Source: Dickeya solani IPO 2222
GTDB taxonomy: Bacteria; Pseudomonadota; Gammaproteobacteria; Enterobacterales; Enterobacteriaceae
Length of the DNA: 32,000 nucleotides
NCBI RefSeq assembly: GCF_001644705.1
Contig: NZ_CP015137.1
Coordinates: 2,910,001 to 2,942,000, forward strand
Direction: 5' to 3'
The first letter of the stretch is position 1, and every line of letters starts with the position of its first letter. A program made the translations under genes and the position numbers. Under the pieces are notes generated by a model that saw nothing but the letters and a program-made list of their open reading frames with translations, did no database searches and was not told the origin of the DNA. This document shows, piece after piece, positions 24,947 to 32,000 of this stretch.

Positions 24947-27334
24947 ATGTTGACATATCGTACCCGCCTGCTTCGGGCCGGGGTGCTGGGGCTATCCGTG
25001 TATGCGGCGTTACCCGTTGGGGTGAGCCAGGCGGCGTCGGCCAATGCCGTCACCCGGACTTATGCCGTTTCCGCCGGGCCGCTGCACCAGGTGCTGAATC
25101 AGTTTGCACAGCAATCCGGGGTGCTGCTTTCTTACGATCCGGCGCTGACGCAGGGAAAAACCAGTCAGGGCCTGCGTGGTTCCTTCAGTGTTGAGCAAGG
25201 GTTTCAGTCCATCCTGACCCACAGTGGTCTGCAGGCGCAGGTTGGCGCGGATGGAACGGTTACGCTGGCGAAGCAGGCGCCAGAAACGCCGGCTGCCGCA
25301 CCGGCGTCCCATGCCGCCAAAAACGAGCAGATGGTGGTGACTGCGCCGCCAAACACCGCGCTGAAGCTGGATACGCCCTTGTCGGAAACCCCCCGTGCCG
25401 TCGCGGTAGTGAACGCACAGCAGATTGAAGAGCGCGGCGCGAAGAAGATCGATCAGGCATTGCGTTACAGCGCGGGCGTGCTGGCGACGCCTTACGGGCC
25501 GGACAATAAGACCGAATGGCTGGTGATTCGCGGCTTCAGCGATCTTTCTCGTTTCCAGAATGGGCTGGCCACACTGAACGAAGACGGTTTTTATACCCAG
25601 CAGTTGGAACCGTTCGGCGTGGAGCGTATTGAGGTACTGAAAGGGCCGGCATCGGTGCTGTACGGCCAGAACCCGCCGGGCGGGCTGGTGAATGTGATCA
25701 CCAAGCGCCCGACGCGCCTGCCGCAGGGGCAGGTGTCGGTGGAGTACGGCTCCAATAACTACCGTCAGCTGGCGGTGGACAGTTCCGGCCCGTTGAACGA
25801 TGACGGCACGGTGCTGTACCGGGTGGTCGGCACCGCGCGCGATACCTCCGGCGAAGTGGATTTTGCCGACAGTAAACGGTTCTACCTCGCGCCCAGCCTG
25901 ACTTTCCTGATGGGCGACAATACCGAACTGACGTTGCTGAGCAGTTACATGGATACCCGTTCCGGTATGACCAATGGCTTCAAGACGCCATATGGCACCC
26001 TGCATGACACACCCTACGGCAAGGTTGGCTATAAGACTTCGCTGGGGGAGCCGGGCCTGAACCGGTTCGATAGCCGCCAACTGAATCTCGGGTATGAGTT
26101 AACGCACCACCTGAACGATACCTGGACTTTCCACCAGAACACCAACTACACCTACCTGAACATGGACCTGCGCGGGGTTTATGCCATGGGCATGCTGGAT
26201 GACCGTACCGTCAACCGCGGGTTGACCTACCGCGACGGCTTTGCGCAAAACTGGTCGGTGGATAACCGGATGGTGGGCGAATGGCGCTGGGGGGATATCG
26301 ACAATACCCTGTTGCTGGGCGTTGACTACCGTCGCGCCAATACCCAGAGCCGCGATGCGGATCTGTCGCCGTACAACGCCTCGCTCTATCAGTTCAACAG
26401 CGCGCCGCTGGACATTTTCAGCCCGGTCTATGGCCGCTACACCCTGAACGATAACCCGTTGTCCAATCACCGTTCCGGCCGTCATCAGAGCGGTTACTAT
26501 GTGCAGAATCAGATCAAGTATGACGATCGCCTGATCCTGCTGCTGGGCGGCCGCTACGATGACGCCAAATCCTACACGCGCAACACGATCATGGGCATCG
26601 ACTCCCGCACCAGCGACACCAAGTTCACCAAAACGGCTGGGGCGATGTACCTGTTTGATAACGGCATTTCGCCGTATGTCAGCTATGCCGAGTCGTTCCA
26701 GCCGCTGGCGGATTATGACGCCTACGGCAACCAGTACAAGCCCACTATGGGCAAGCAGACGGAAGTGGGGGTGAAGTATACCCCGCAGGGCTTCAACGGT
26801 TATGCCTCGGCGGCGCTGTATAACCTGAGTCAGGAAAATATCCTGACCACCGACGTCAATAACCCGAGTCGTCAGGTGCAGTCGGGCGAAGCGCGTTCCC
26901 GCGGGATCGAGCTGGAACTGAGCGGTGAAGTGTATAAAGGCGTGACGTTAACCAGCAACTACACCTATAACAATGTGGAAACCACCCAATCCGGTGTGGC
27001 GGGAGAAAACGGCAAGCGGCTGCCGGGATTGCCGGAGCACATGTTCTCCACCTGGGTGAGCTACGCGTTCAGTGGCCCGCTGGAAGGGCTGACCGTCGGC
27101 AGCGGCGTGCGCTACATCGGCAGCTCCTACGGCGACCGTCTGGAAAGCGCCAGTCTGAAAGTACCGGCGTATACGCTGTGGGATGCGATGATCGCCTACG
27201 ACGTGACCAAAAACTGGCGCGTGCAGGTTAACGCGACCAATTTGGCGAATCATCACTATGTCAGCGCCTGTAATTTCTGGTGTTACTACGGAGAAGGGCG
27301 TGATATTACCGCTAATGTGACGTATCGCTGGTAA
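24947..27334 (+). CDS. TonB-dependent siderophore receptor/transducer with N-terminal STN signalling domain (FecA/FpvA/PupB type)
   Basis: 795-aa ORF. It has a signal peptide ending SQAASANA and an STN domain (YAVSAGPLHQVLNQFAQQSGVLLSYDPALTQGKTSQGLRGSFSVEQGFQSILTHSGLQ). It also has a TonB-box/plug region (MVVTA...ETPRAVAVV, RIEVLKGPASVLYG) and a C-terminal ANVTYRW. AAGGGGA SD. Confidence 0.9.
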   Translation: MLTYRTRLLRAGVLGLSVYAALPVGVSQAASANAVTRTYAVSAGPLHQVLNQFAQQSGVLLSYDPALTQGKTSQGLRGSFSVEQGFQSILTHSGLQAQVGADGTVTLAKQAPETPAAAPASHAAKNEQMVVTAPPNTALKLDTPLSETPRAVAVVNAQQIEERGAKKIDQALRYSAGVLATPYGPDNKTEWLVIRGFSDLSRFQNGLATLNEDGFYTQQLEPFGVERIEVLKGPASVLYGQNPPGGLVNVITKRPTRLPQGQVSVEYGSNNYRQLAVDSSGPLNDDGTVLYRVVGTARDTSGEVDFADSKRFYLAPSLTFLMGDNTELTLLSSYMDTRSGMTNGFKTPYGTLHDTPYGKVGYKTSLGEPGLNRFDSRQLNLGYELTHHLNDTWTFHQNTNYTYLNMDLRGVYAMGMLDDRTVNRGLTYRDGFAQNWSVDNRMVGEWRWGDIDNTLLLGVDYRRANTQSRDADLSPYNASLYQFNSAPLDIFSPVYGRYTLNDNPLSNHRSGRHQSGYYVQNQIKYDDRLILLLGGRYDDAKSYTRNTIMGIDSRTSDTKFTKTAGAMYLFDNGISPYVSYAESFQPLADYDAYGNQYKPTMGKQTEVGVKYTPQGFNGYASAALYNLSQENILTTDVNNPSRQVQSGEARSRGIELELSGEVYKGVTLTSNYTYNNVETTQSGVAGENGKRLPGLPEHMFSTWVSYAFSGPLEGLTVGSGVRYIGSSYGDRLESASLKVPAYTLWDAMIAYDVTKNWRVQVNATNLANHHYVSACNFWCYYGEGRDITANVTYRW

Positions 27335-27532
27335 TATACCCGTCATACTTCAAGTTGCAGATGCGTTGGCTGCCCTTGCTCACCCCAGTCATTTACTAAT
27401 GTAAGCTCCTGGGGATGAAATGAGAGACATCCTGTCTCTCACCGGAGGCCAGCCGCTGGCTGGTCAAATTCGTTCCCGACGAATTTGTCACTCGGTTGCC
27501 GCCTTTCCGCAACTCGAATTATTTTGGGTATA
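27335..27532 (-). repeat. ERIC/IRU element (copy 1) with a roughly 71-bp internal insertion
   Basis: It begins one base after the receptor stop. TATACCCGTCATACTTCAAGTTGCA...CTCACCCCAGTCATTTACTAATGTAAGCTCCTGGGGAT matches the complements of the ERIC2 and ERIC1R primer regions. It resumes with TCACTCGGTTGCCGCC...CTCGAATTATTTTGGGTATA. The insert at about 27417-27487 folds into three hairpins. The strand label only marks orientation relative to copy 2. Confidence 0.85.
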
Positions 27533-28149
27533 AGCCCGGATCGGACGGTATCTCGTCATTGTTAATGGCGGGATACCGCGACAGCATAGTGTTTCTGCTA
27601 TTTAATCTGGCGGGCGTAGGTTTATTTATTTCCGCAGGGTGGTCGCCAATAAAAATAAACTGACTAAACAACGTTGTGTGCGTGAATCAACGCGGCAGCG
27701 TTGGTTATTCGCAAGGCGTTTATTCGTCCGATATATTCCTGTCGCAATAAATCATAGTGCAACCTAACTCAATGAATTAAATAGACTAATATCAGCATTG
27801 TTCCCACGGTATCGGCAGATCTTGCCAGTATTTCCCCCATGTGTTTCCTGCTGGTTTTTAACCACTTAAATGATAAGGATTTTATTTTCTCTAGTGATAA
27901 TGCTCACAAGGTTATGGGCGTTTGCCTAATTTTCCGTGTCATAATTTCATCATATGGGAGACATTGCCTAATGACTAAATGAAACACAGCCACAATAATT
28001 TAAATAAAACAGGGTTTTCTTTTAATTAATACGTTATTTCTTTTTTGTGATGTTGATCTCTCTGCCGTATGGCGGCAGAGAAATATATCTGCTTTTCGCT
28101 TGATACAGATTTACGCCATATAACCGTGCATTTTCCGATACACATAGTT

Positions 28150-28421
28150 TATACCCAAAATAATTCGAGTTGCAGGACAAAACGCGTGGCGTTTTGAACA
28201 ACGCAACGCGTTGGCCCTTCAGGGCAAGACTCATAATGAGTCTTGTAACGCGGCGACGCAGCGAATCCCCAGGAGCTTACATCAGTAAGTGACTGGGGTG
28301 AGTGACAACTCTGCCGGGAGCAGAGTTGAACGCAGCTCGCTGCGGCCCCGAAGGGGCGAGGCCCAGGGATGGGCCGAGTAATAAAGCCAACGCACCTGCA
28401 ACTTGAAGTATGACGGGTATA
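28150..28421 (+). repeat. ERIC/IRU element (copy 2, inverted relative to copy 1) with two internal insertions of about 72 and 80 bp
   Basis: The ERIC backbone reads TATACCCAAAATAATTCGAGTTGCAGGA | insert A (about 28178-28249) | GCGGCGACGCAGCGAATCCCCAGGAGCTTACATCAGTAAGTGACTGGGGTGAG | insert B (about 28303-28382) | AAAGCCAACGCACCTGCAACTTGAAGTATGACGGGTATA. Both inserts are hairpin-rich. Confidence 0.85.
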
Positions 28422-28468
28422 TCACTGCAAATTTTGTAAATGAGTTAACTACCCAGGCAGGTAACAAC

Positions 28469-29623
28469 GTGAAAATAGAATCGATTGATGTCACCGTCTT
28501 CACTTACCCCACTCGCCGTGTCTCTGACAGCGCCGGGCATTCACACCCCGGCGCCGAGAATCAGGCCCGCATGGCACTACTGACGATCAGCGCTGATGAA
28601 GGCCACAAAGGCTATGCGTTTGCGCCGCCGGAAGTGATCCGCCCGTATGTGGTGAACAGTTTTTTTCGCAAAGTGTTGATTGGGCAGGATCCGTTTGATC
28701 GTGAGCGGCTGTGGCAGGACCTGGTGCACTGGCAGCGCGGCAGCGCCAACCAACTGACCGACCGGGCGCTGGCGATCGCCGAGCAGGCGCTGTGGGATCT
28801 GGCCGGGCGCGCGCTGAACCTGCCGGTGTATAAACTGCTGGGTGGCTACCGCGATAAAGTGCCGGCCTACGGCAGCACCATGTGCGGCGACGAGCTGCAA
28901 GGCGGCCTGTCCACGCCGGACGAGTACGGCCGGTTCGCCGAGCAACTGGTGAAGCGCGGTTACAAAGCCATCAAACTGCACACCTGGATGCCGCCGGTGT
29001 CGTTCGCGCCGAGCCCGAAAATGGACGTCAAAGCCTGTGCGGCGGTACGCGAAGCGGTGGGGCCGGATATCTGCCTGATGCTGGACGGCTACCACTGGTA
29101 CAGCCGCAGCGAGGCGCTGTATATCGGCCGTGAACTGCAAAAACTGGACTTCACCTGGTTCGAAGAGCCGATGGAAGAGCAGAGCATGGCGTCCTACAGC
29201 TGGCTGAACAAGAATCTGGACATCGACGTCATCGGGCCGGAAAGTCTGGGCGGGAAGTACTTCAGCCGTGCCGACTGGGTGAAGGAAGGCGCCTGCGATA
29301 TTTTGCGTGCCGGGGTGCAGGGCGTAGGCGGGATTTCGCCGTGCCTCAAGGTGGCGCATCTGGCGGAAGCCTTCGGCATGGATTGCGAAATTCACGGCAA
29401 CGGCGCGCCGAATCTGGCGGTGGTAGGGGCAATTAAAAACTGCCGCTGGTACGAGCGCGGTCTGCTGCATCCGTTCCTTGATTACGACGAACCCGTCGCC
29501 TACCTGAATTCGCTTATCGACCCGATGGATGAGAACGGATTCGTTCACTTGCCTCAGCGTCCGGGACTGGGGGAAGACATTAACGTTGACTGGATTGAGG
29601 CGCACACCCTGAGTCAGGCGTAG
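28469..29623 (+). CDS. Enolase-superfamily enzyme, mandelate racemase/muconate lactonizing enzyme family (substrate unknown)
   Basis: The track ORF starts at a TTG at 28403, inside ERIC copy 2. I call the in-frame GTG at 28469 (MKIESIDVTVFTYP...), giving 384 aa. The motifs AIAEQALWDLAGRALNLPVYKLLGG, a metal-ligand series (LMLDGY, WFEEP, IGPES) and DILR...EIHG fit the MR-type barrel. Confidence 0.85.
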   Translation: MKIESIDVTVFTYPTRRVSDSAGHSHPGAENQARMALLTISADEGHKGYAFAPPEVIRPYVVNSFFRKVLIGQDPFDRERLWQDLVHWQRGSANQLTDRALAIAEQALWDLAGRALNLPVYKLLGGYRDKVPAYGSTMCGDELQGGLSTPDEYGRFAEQLVKRGYKAIKLHTWMPPVSFAPSPKMDVKACAAVREAVGPDICLMLDGYHWYSRSEALYIGRELQKLDFTWFEEPMEEQSMASYSWLNKNLDIDVIGPESLGGKYFSRADWVKEGACDILRAGVQGVGGISPCLKVAHLAEAFGMDCEIHGNGAPNLAVVGAIKNCRWYERGLLHPFLDYDEPVAYLNSLIDPMDENGFVHLPQRPGLGEDINVDWIEAHTLSQA

Positions 29624-29646
29624 CGCTTGCGGTTCGCGCGGTAGTA

Positions 29647-29718
29647 ACCAATAAAAAACAATACGTTGTCAAAACAATATGTTGTCAAAAAAAAACGTTG
29701 TCAAAAAAATACGTTGTC
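29647..29718. repeat. Tandem array, about 4.5 units with an exact 16-bp period (core ACGTTGTCAAAA), ending 33 nt before the binding-protein ATG
   Basis: A(C/T)GTTGTC begins at 29663, 29679, 29695 and 29711. The units are ACGTTGTCAAAACAAT, ATGTTGTCAAAAAAAA, ACGTTGTCAAAAAAAT and ACGTTGTCGTCTTCCA, preceded by a partial A-rich unit. Confidence 0.8.
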
Positions 29719-29750
29719 GTCTTCCATACTTCCACACCTGGAGAAGAATA

Positions 29751-31361
29751 ATGAAAGCACGAGCAATACTTCGTACCCTGCTGTTGAGCACGCTGTGTAT
29801 GGCCGCCACGCCGGCCATACTGTCTGCCAAAACCCCTGACGATCAACTGATTGTCGGCATGAACATGAACAACATGCTGTCGCTGGATCCGGCCGCCATG
29901 ACCGGCAATGAAGTGGTGGGGGTAGTCGTAAACCTCTACGATTCGCTGGTCGAACTGGATCCCGACAACCTGAGCCACGTTTTACCCGCGCTGGCGACAA
30001 GCTGGCACATCAGCGACGACGGTAAAGTCATCACCTTCAATCTGGTCGATAACGCGAAATTCCATTCCGGCAACCCGGTGAGCGCGGAAGATTTTGTCTG
30101 GTCGATGAACCGGTTGCTGCATCTGAACATGGCGCAGGCGACCACCTGGAAATCGTACGGCTTTACGGCGGATAACGTCTCGAAGATGATCCGCGCCAAA
30201 GACGCCCACACGGTGGAGATCGAACTGCCCAAGCCTAACGATCCCAAGCTTATCATCTACTCGCTGGCGACGCTGGGCAGCGGCTCGGTACTGGATCGCA
30301 AAACGGTGCTGCAACACGAGAAAAACGGCGACTGGGGCAACGGTTGGCTGACCACCAATGAAGCCGGTTCCGGCCCCTTCAAGCTGGAGGTGTGGCAGGC
30401 GAAAGACGTGCTGCGCATCAGCCGCGTCAGCGGTTACTGGCAGGGCGATGCCAAAATGAAGCGCGTCATTTTCCGGCATATGACCGAATCGCAGGCGCTG
30501 CGATTAATGATCGAGAAAGGCGACATTGATGTAGCGACCGGCATGTCGGTGCCGGATATCAATGCGCTTAAACAGGATAAAGACGTGACGGTGAAGGAGG
30601 TGACCAAAGGCACGCTGTATTACGTGGCGATGAGCCTGAAGAATCCGTACTTCGCCAATCCGAAGGTGCGCGAAGCGGTGCGTTATCTGATCGACTACGA
30701 CGGCATCAACAATACCGTGATGACCGGCTATGGTTTCTATCATCAGCGCCCGATCCAGAAAGGGATGGACGCCACGCTGCCCGATCCGGGCTACAAGCTG
30801 GATGTCGCGCGGGCCAAAACCCTGCTGACGGAAGCGGGCTATCCGAACGGGTTTGATACCACGCTGCGCGTGCTGTCGGATCAGCCGTTCCTGAATCTCG
30901 CCACCGCCGTGCAATCCACGCTGGCGCAAGCCGGCATCAAAGTGCAGATCCTCTCCGGCACCGGCAATCAGGTCTATGGCGCGATGCGCGATCGCAAGTT
31001 CGACATGCTGGTCGGGCGCGGCGGCGGCGGCGTCGATCCCCATCCGCATTCCAGCCTGCGTTCCGTGGTCTACAACCCGGATAACAGCGATGAAGCCAAA
31101 CTGACCAATTTTCAGGGCTGGCGCACCTCGTTCTACGATAAGCAACTGAACGAGATGATTGATCAGGCGTTGCTGGAAAAGGATCCGCAAAAGCAGAAGC
31201 AGATGTATATCGACGTCCAGAACCGCTATGAGGCGCTGTACCCGGCCATTATCCCGGTGTCCCAGATGATCGATTCGGTCGTGCTGCGCAAGGATGTCAT
31301 GAAGTATGTACCGCATCCGTCCTCCACGACCCACCTGCGGGACGTGTACAAGCAACGCTAG
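29751..31361 (+). CDS. ABC transporter substrate-binding protein, family 5 (peptide/nickel/opine type)
   Basis: The ORF is open from 29679. I call the ATG at 29751 with a GGAGAA SD, which gives the signal peptide MKARAILRTLLLSTLCMAATPAILSA. The size (536 aa) and the N-terminal LIVGMNMNNMLSLDPA pattern are typical of the DppA/OppA-like cluster. Confidence 0.9.
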   Translation: MKARAILRTLLLSTLCMAATPAILSAKTPDDQLIVGMNMNNMLSLDPAAMTGNEVVGVVVNLYDSLVELDPDNLSHVLPALATSWHISDDGKVITFNLVDNAKFHSGNPVSAEDFVWSMNRLLHLNMAQATTWKSYGFTADNVSKMIRAKDAHTVEIELPKPNDPKLIIYSLATLGSGSVLDRKTVLQHEKNGDWGNGWLTTNEAGSGPFKLEVWQAKDVLRISRVSGYWQGDAKMKRVIFRHMTESQALRLMIEKGDIDVATGMSVPDINALKQDKDVTVKEVTKGTLYYVAMSLKNPYFANPKVREAVRYLIDYDGINNTVMTGYGFYHQRPIQKGMDATLPDPGYKLDVARAKTLLTEAGYPNGFDTTLRVLSDQPFLNLATAVQSTLAQAGIKVQILSGTGNQVYGAMRDRKFDMLVGRGGGGVDPHPHSSLRSVVYNPDNSDEAKLTNFQGWRTSFYDKQLNEMIDQALLEKDPQKQKQMYIDVQNRYEALYPAIIPVSQMIDSVVLRKDVMKYVPHPSSTTHLRDVYKQR

Positions 31362-31447
31362 TTGGCGATCGCTGAATGCCAACGTGAAATCACCGTGCCG
31401 GCGGCAGTCAGATATCCGTCGCCGGCCGGGGTATCGGGAGAAAGAAC

Positions 31448-32000
31448 ATGGTCTTCTCTGATCGGATCACACCGGGCGAGTGGCTTAAACCGGGCGGCGT
31501 GCTGCGCCGGCTGGCGAAACGCTTACTCCAGGTCGCGGTCACGCTGTTCGGTTTATTGATCCTGACGTTTATTATCGGCCGCGTTATGCCCATCGATCCG
31601 GTGCTGGCGATCGTGGGGCAGGATGCCGACCAAAGCACCTACCAACAGGTCTACCAGCAACTGGGGCTGGATAAACCGCTGTACGTCCAGTTTTGGATTT
31701 ATTTCAATGCGCTGCTGCACGGCGATCTCGGCAATGCGCTGCTGACCGGCCGCCCGGTCATCGATGACATTATTCGCGTTTTCCCCGCCACCATTGAACT
31801 GGCGACGATGGCGATTATCGTCGGCGCCGGGCTGGGGGTGCCGCTGGGCGTGCTGGCGGCGGCAAGGCGCGGCAAATGGGCGGACTATGTCGTGCGTTTT
31901 ATTAGCCTGGCCGGTTATTCCACCCCGATCTTTTGGGTGGGGATGATGGGGCTGCTGGTGTTCTATGCCTGGCTGAACTGGGTCGGCGGCGCCGGGCGGG
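31448..32000 (+). CDS. ABC transporter permease (DppB/OppB-like), 5' part, continues beyond the window
   Basis: It is absent from the ORF track because no stop lies within the window. My hand translation from the ATG at 31448 (GGGAGA SD) gives MVFSDRITPGEWLKPGGVLRRLAKRLLQVAVTLFGLLILTFIIGRVMPIDPVLAIVGQDADQSTYQQVYQQLGLDKPLYVQFWIYFNALLHGDLGNAL..., the canonical N-terminus of DppB-type permeases. Confidence 0.85.
   Translation, partial: MVFSDRITPGEWLKPGGVLRRLAKRLLQVAVTLFGLLILTFIIGRVMPIDPVLAIVGQDADQSTYQQVYQQLGLDKPLYVQFWIYFNALLHGDLGNALLTGRPVIDDIIRVFPATIELATMAIIVGAGLGVPLGVLAAARRGKWADYVVRFISLAGYSTPIFWVGMMGLLVFYAWLNWVGGAGR

Noticed and set aside
27769-27840. 23-aa minus-strand ORF (MGEILARSADTVGTMLILVYLIH, AGGAAA SD about 4 nt upstream) and a 32-aa plus-strand hydrophobic ORF at 27565 (MAGYRDSIVFLLFNLAGVGLFISAGWSPIKIN) in the AT-rich segment between the ERICs
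   Set aside because: Such short ORFs are expected by chance. SD spacing is poor or the SD is absent, and I see no promoter, terminator pairing or family resemblance. They are worth a look only if Ribo-seq data exist.
28034-28503. Track ORFs 28034-28234(-) and 28282-28503(-)
   Set aside because: Both are read largely through ERIC copy 2 and its inserts, so they are translations of repeat DNA with no SDs.
31362-31559. 65-aa ORF (MAIAECQREITVPAAV...) after the binding-protein gene
   Set aside because: It is in a different frame from the clear DppB-type permease that starts at 31448 with a good SD, and it spans the intercistronic hairpins.

Overview
This is a 32-kb chromosomal segment of an Enterobacterales-type gammaproteobacterium. 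The genus cannot be assigned from the sequence alone. Supporting signs are two ERIC/IRU repeats, the E. coli-like synteny ghxP-yjcE-actP-yjcH-acs, and coding GC that looks to be about 55-60% by eye, interrupted by three AT-rich patches. I call 28 protein-coding features, two of which are micro-ORFs below the ORF-track cutoff. I see no rRNA, tRNA, CRISPR array, transposase, integrase or phage genes. Gene order is: (1) a CusRS-like two-component system, then a COG3963-type (phospholipid N-methyltransferase-like) SAM methyltransferase, a small secreted protein, PgpB and an HxlR regulator. (2) An isolated three-gene sugar-priming module (WbpM/CapD-type 4,6-dehydratase, SDR epimerase/reductase, small PglC-type phosphoglycosyl transferase). 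(3) A five-gene minus-strand glycerophosphodiester operon (two permeases, GpdQ, ATPase, binding protein). (4) A di-Mop protein and an LpxL/LpxP acyltransferase. (5) A self-contained minus-strand unit encoding two tandem AzuC-like micro-proteins, with a promoter, a CRP site and a terminator. (6) ghxP, yjcE, and actP-yjcH-acs. (7) An AT-rich island with a stand-alone PAS-like protein. (8) A TonB-dependent transducer with an STN signalling domain but no adjacent sigma/anti-sigma pair. (9) Two mutually inverted ERIC elements, each with nested insertions, bracketing 617 bp of AT-rich DNA. (10) An enolase-superfamily (MR/MLE) enzyme plus a family-5 (peptide/opine-type) ABC importer that runs off the window. 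The observations I rank highest are the AzuC-like tandem micro-ORF unit, two unrelated 16-bp-period tandem arrays sitting directly upstream of two transporter genes, the composite inverted-ERIC structure, the TCS-methyltransferase-PAP2 envelope cluster, and the orphan STN transducer. All homology statements rest on my reading of motifs and recalled reference sequences. No database search was run.
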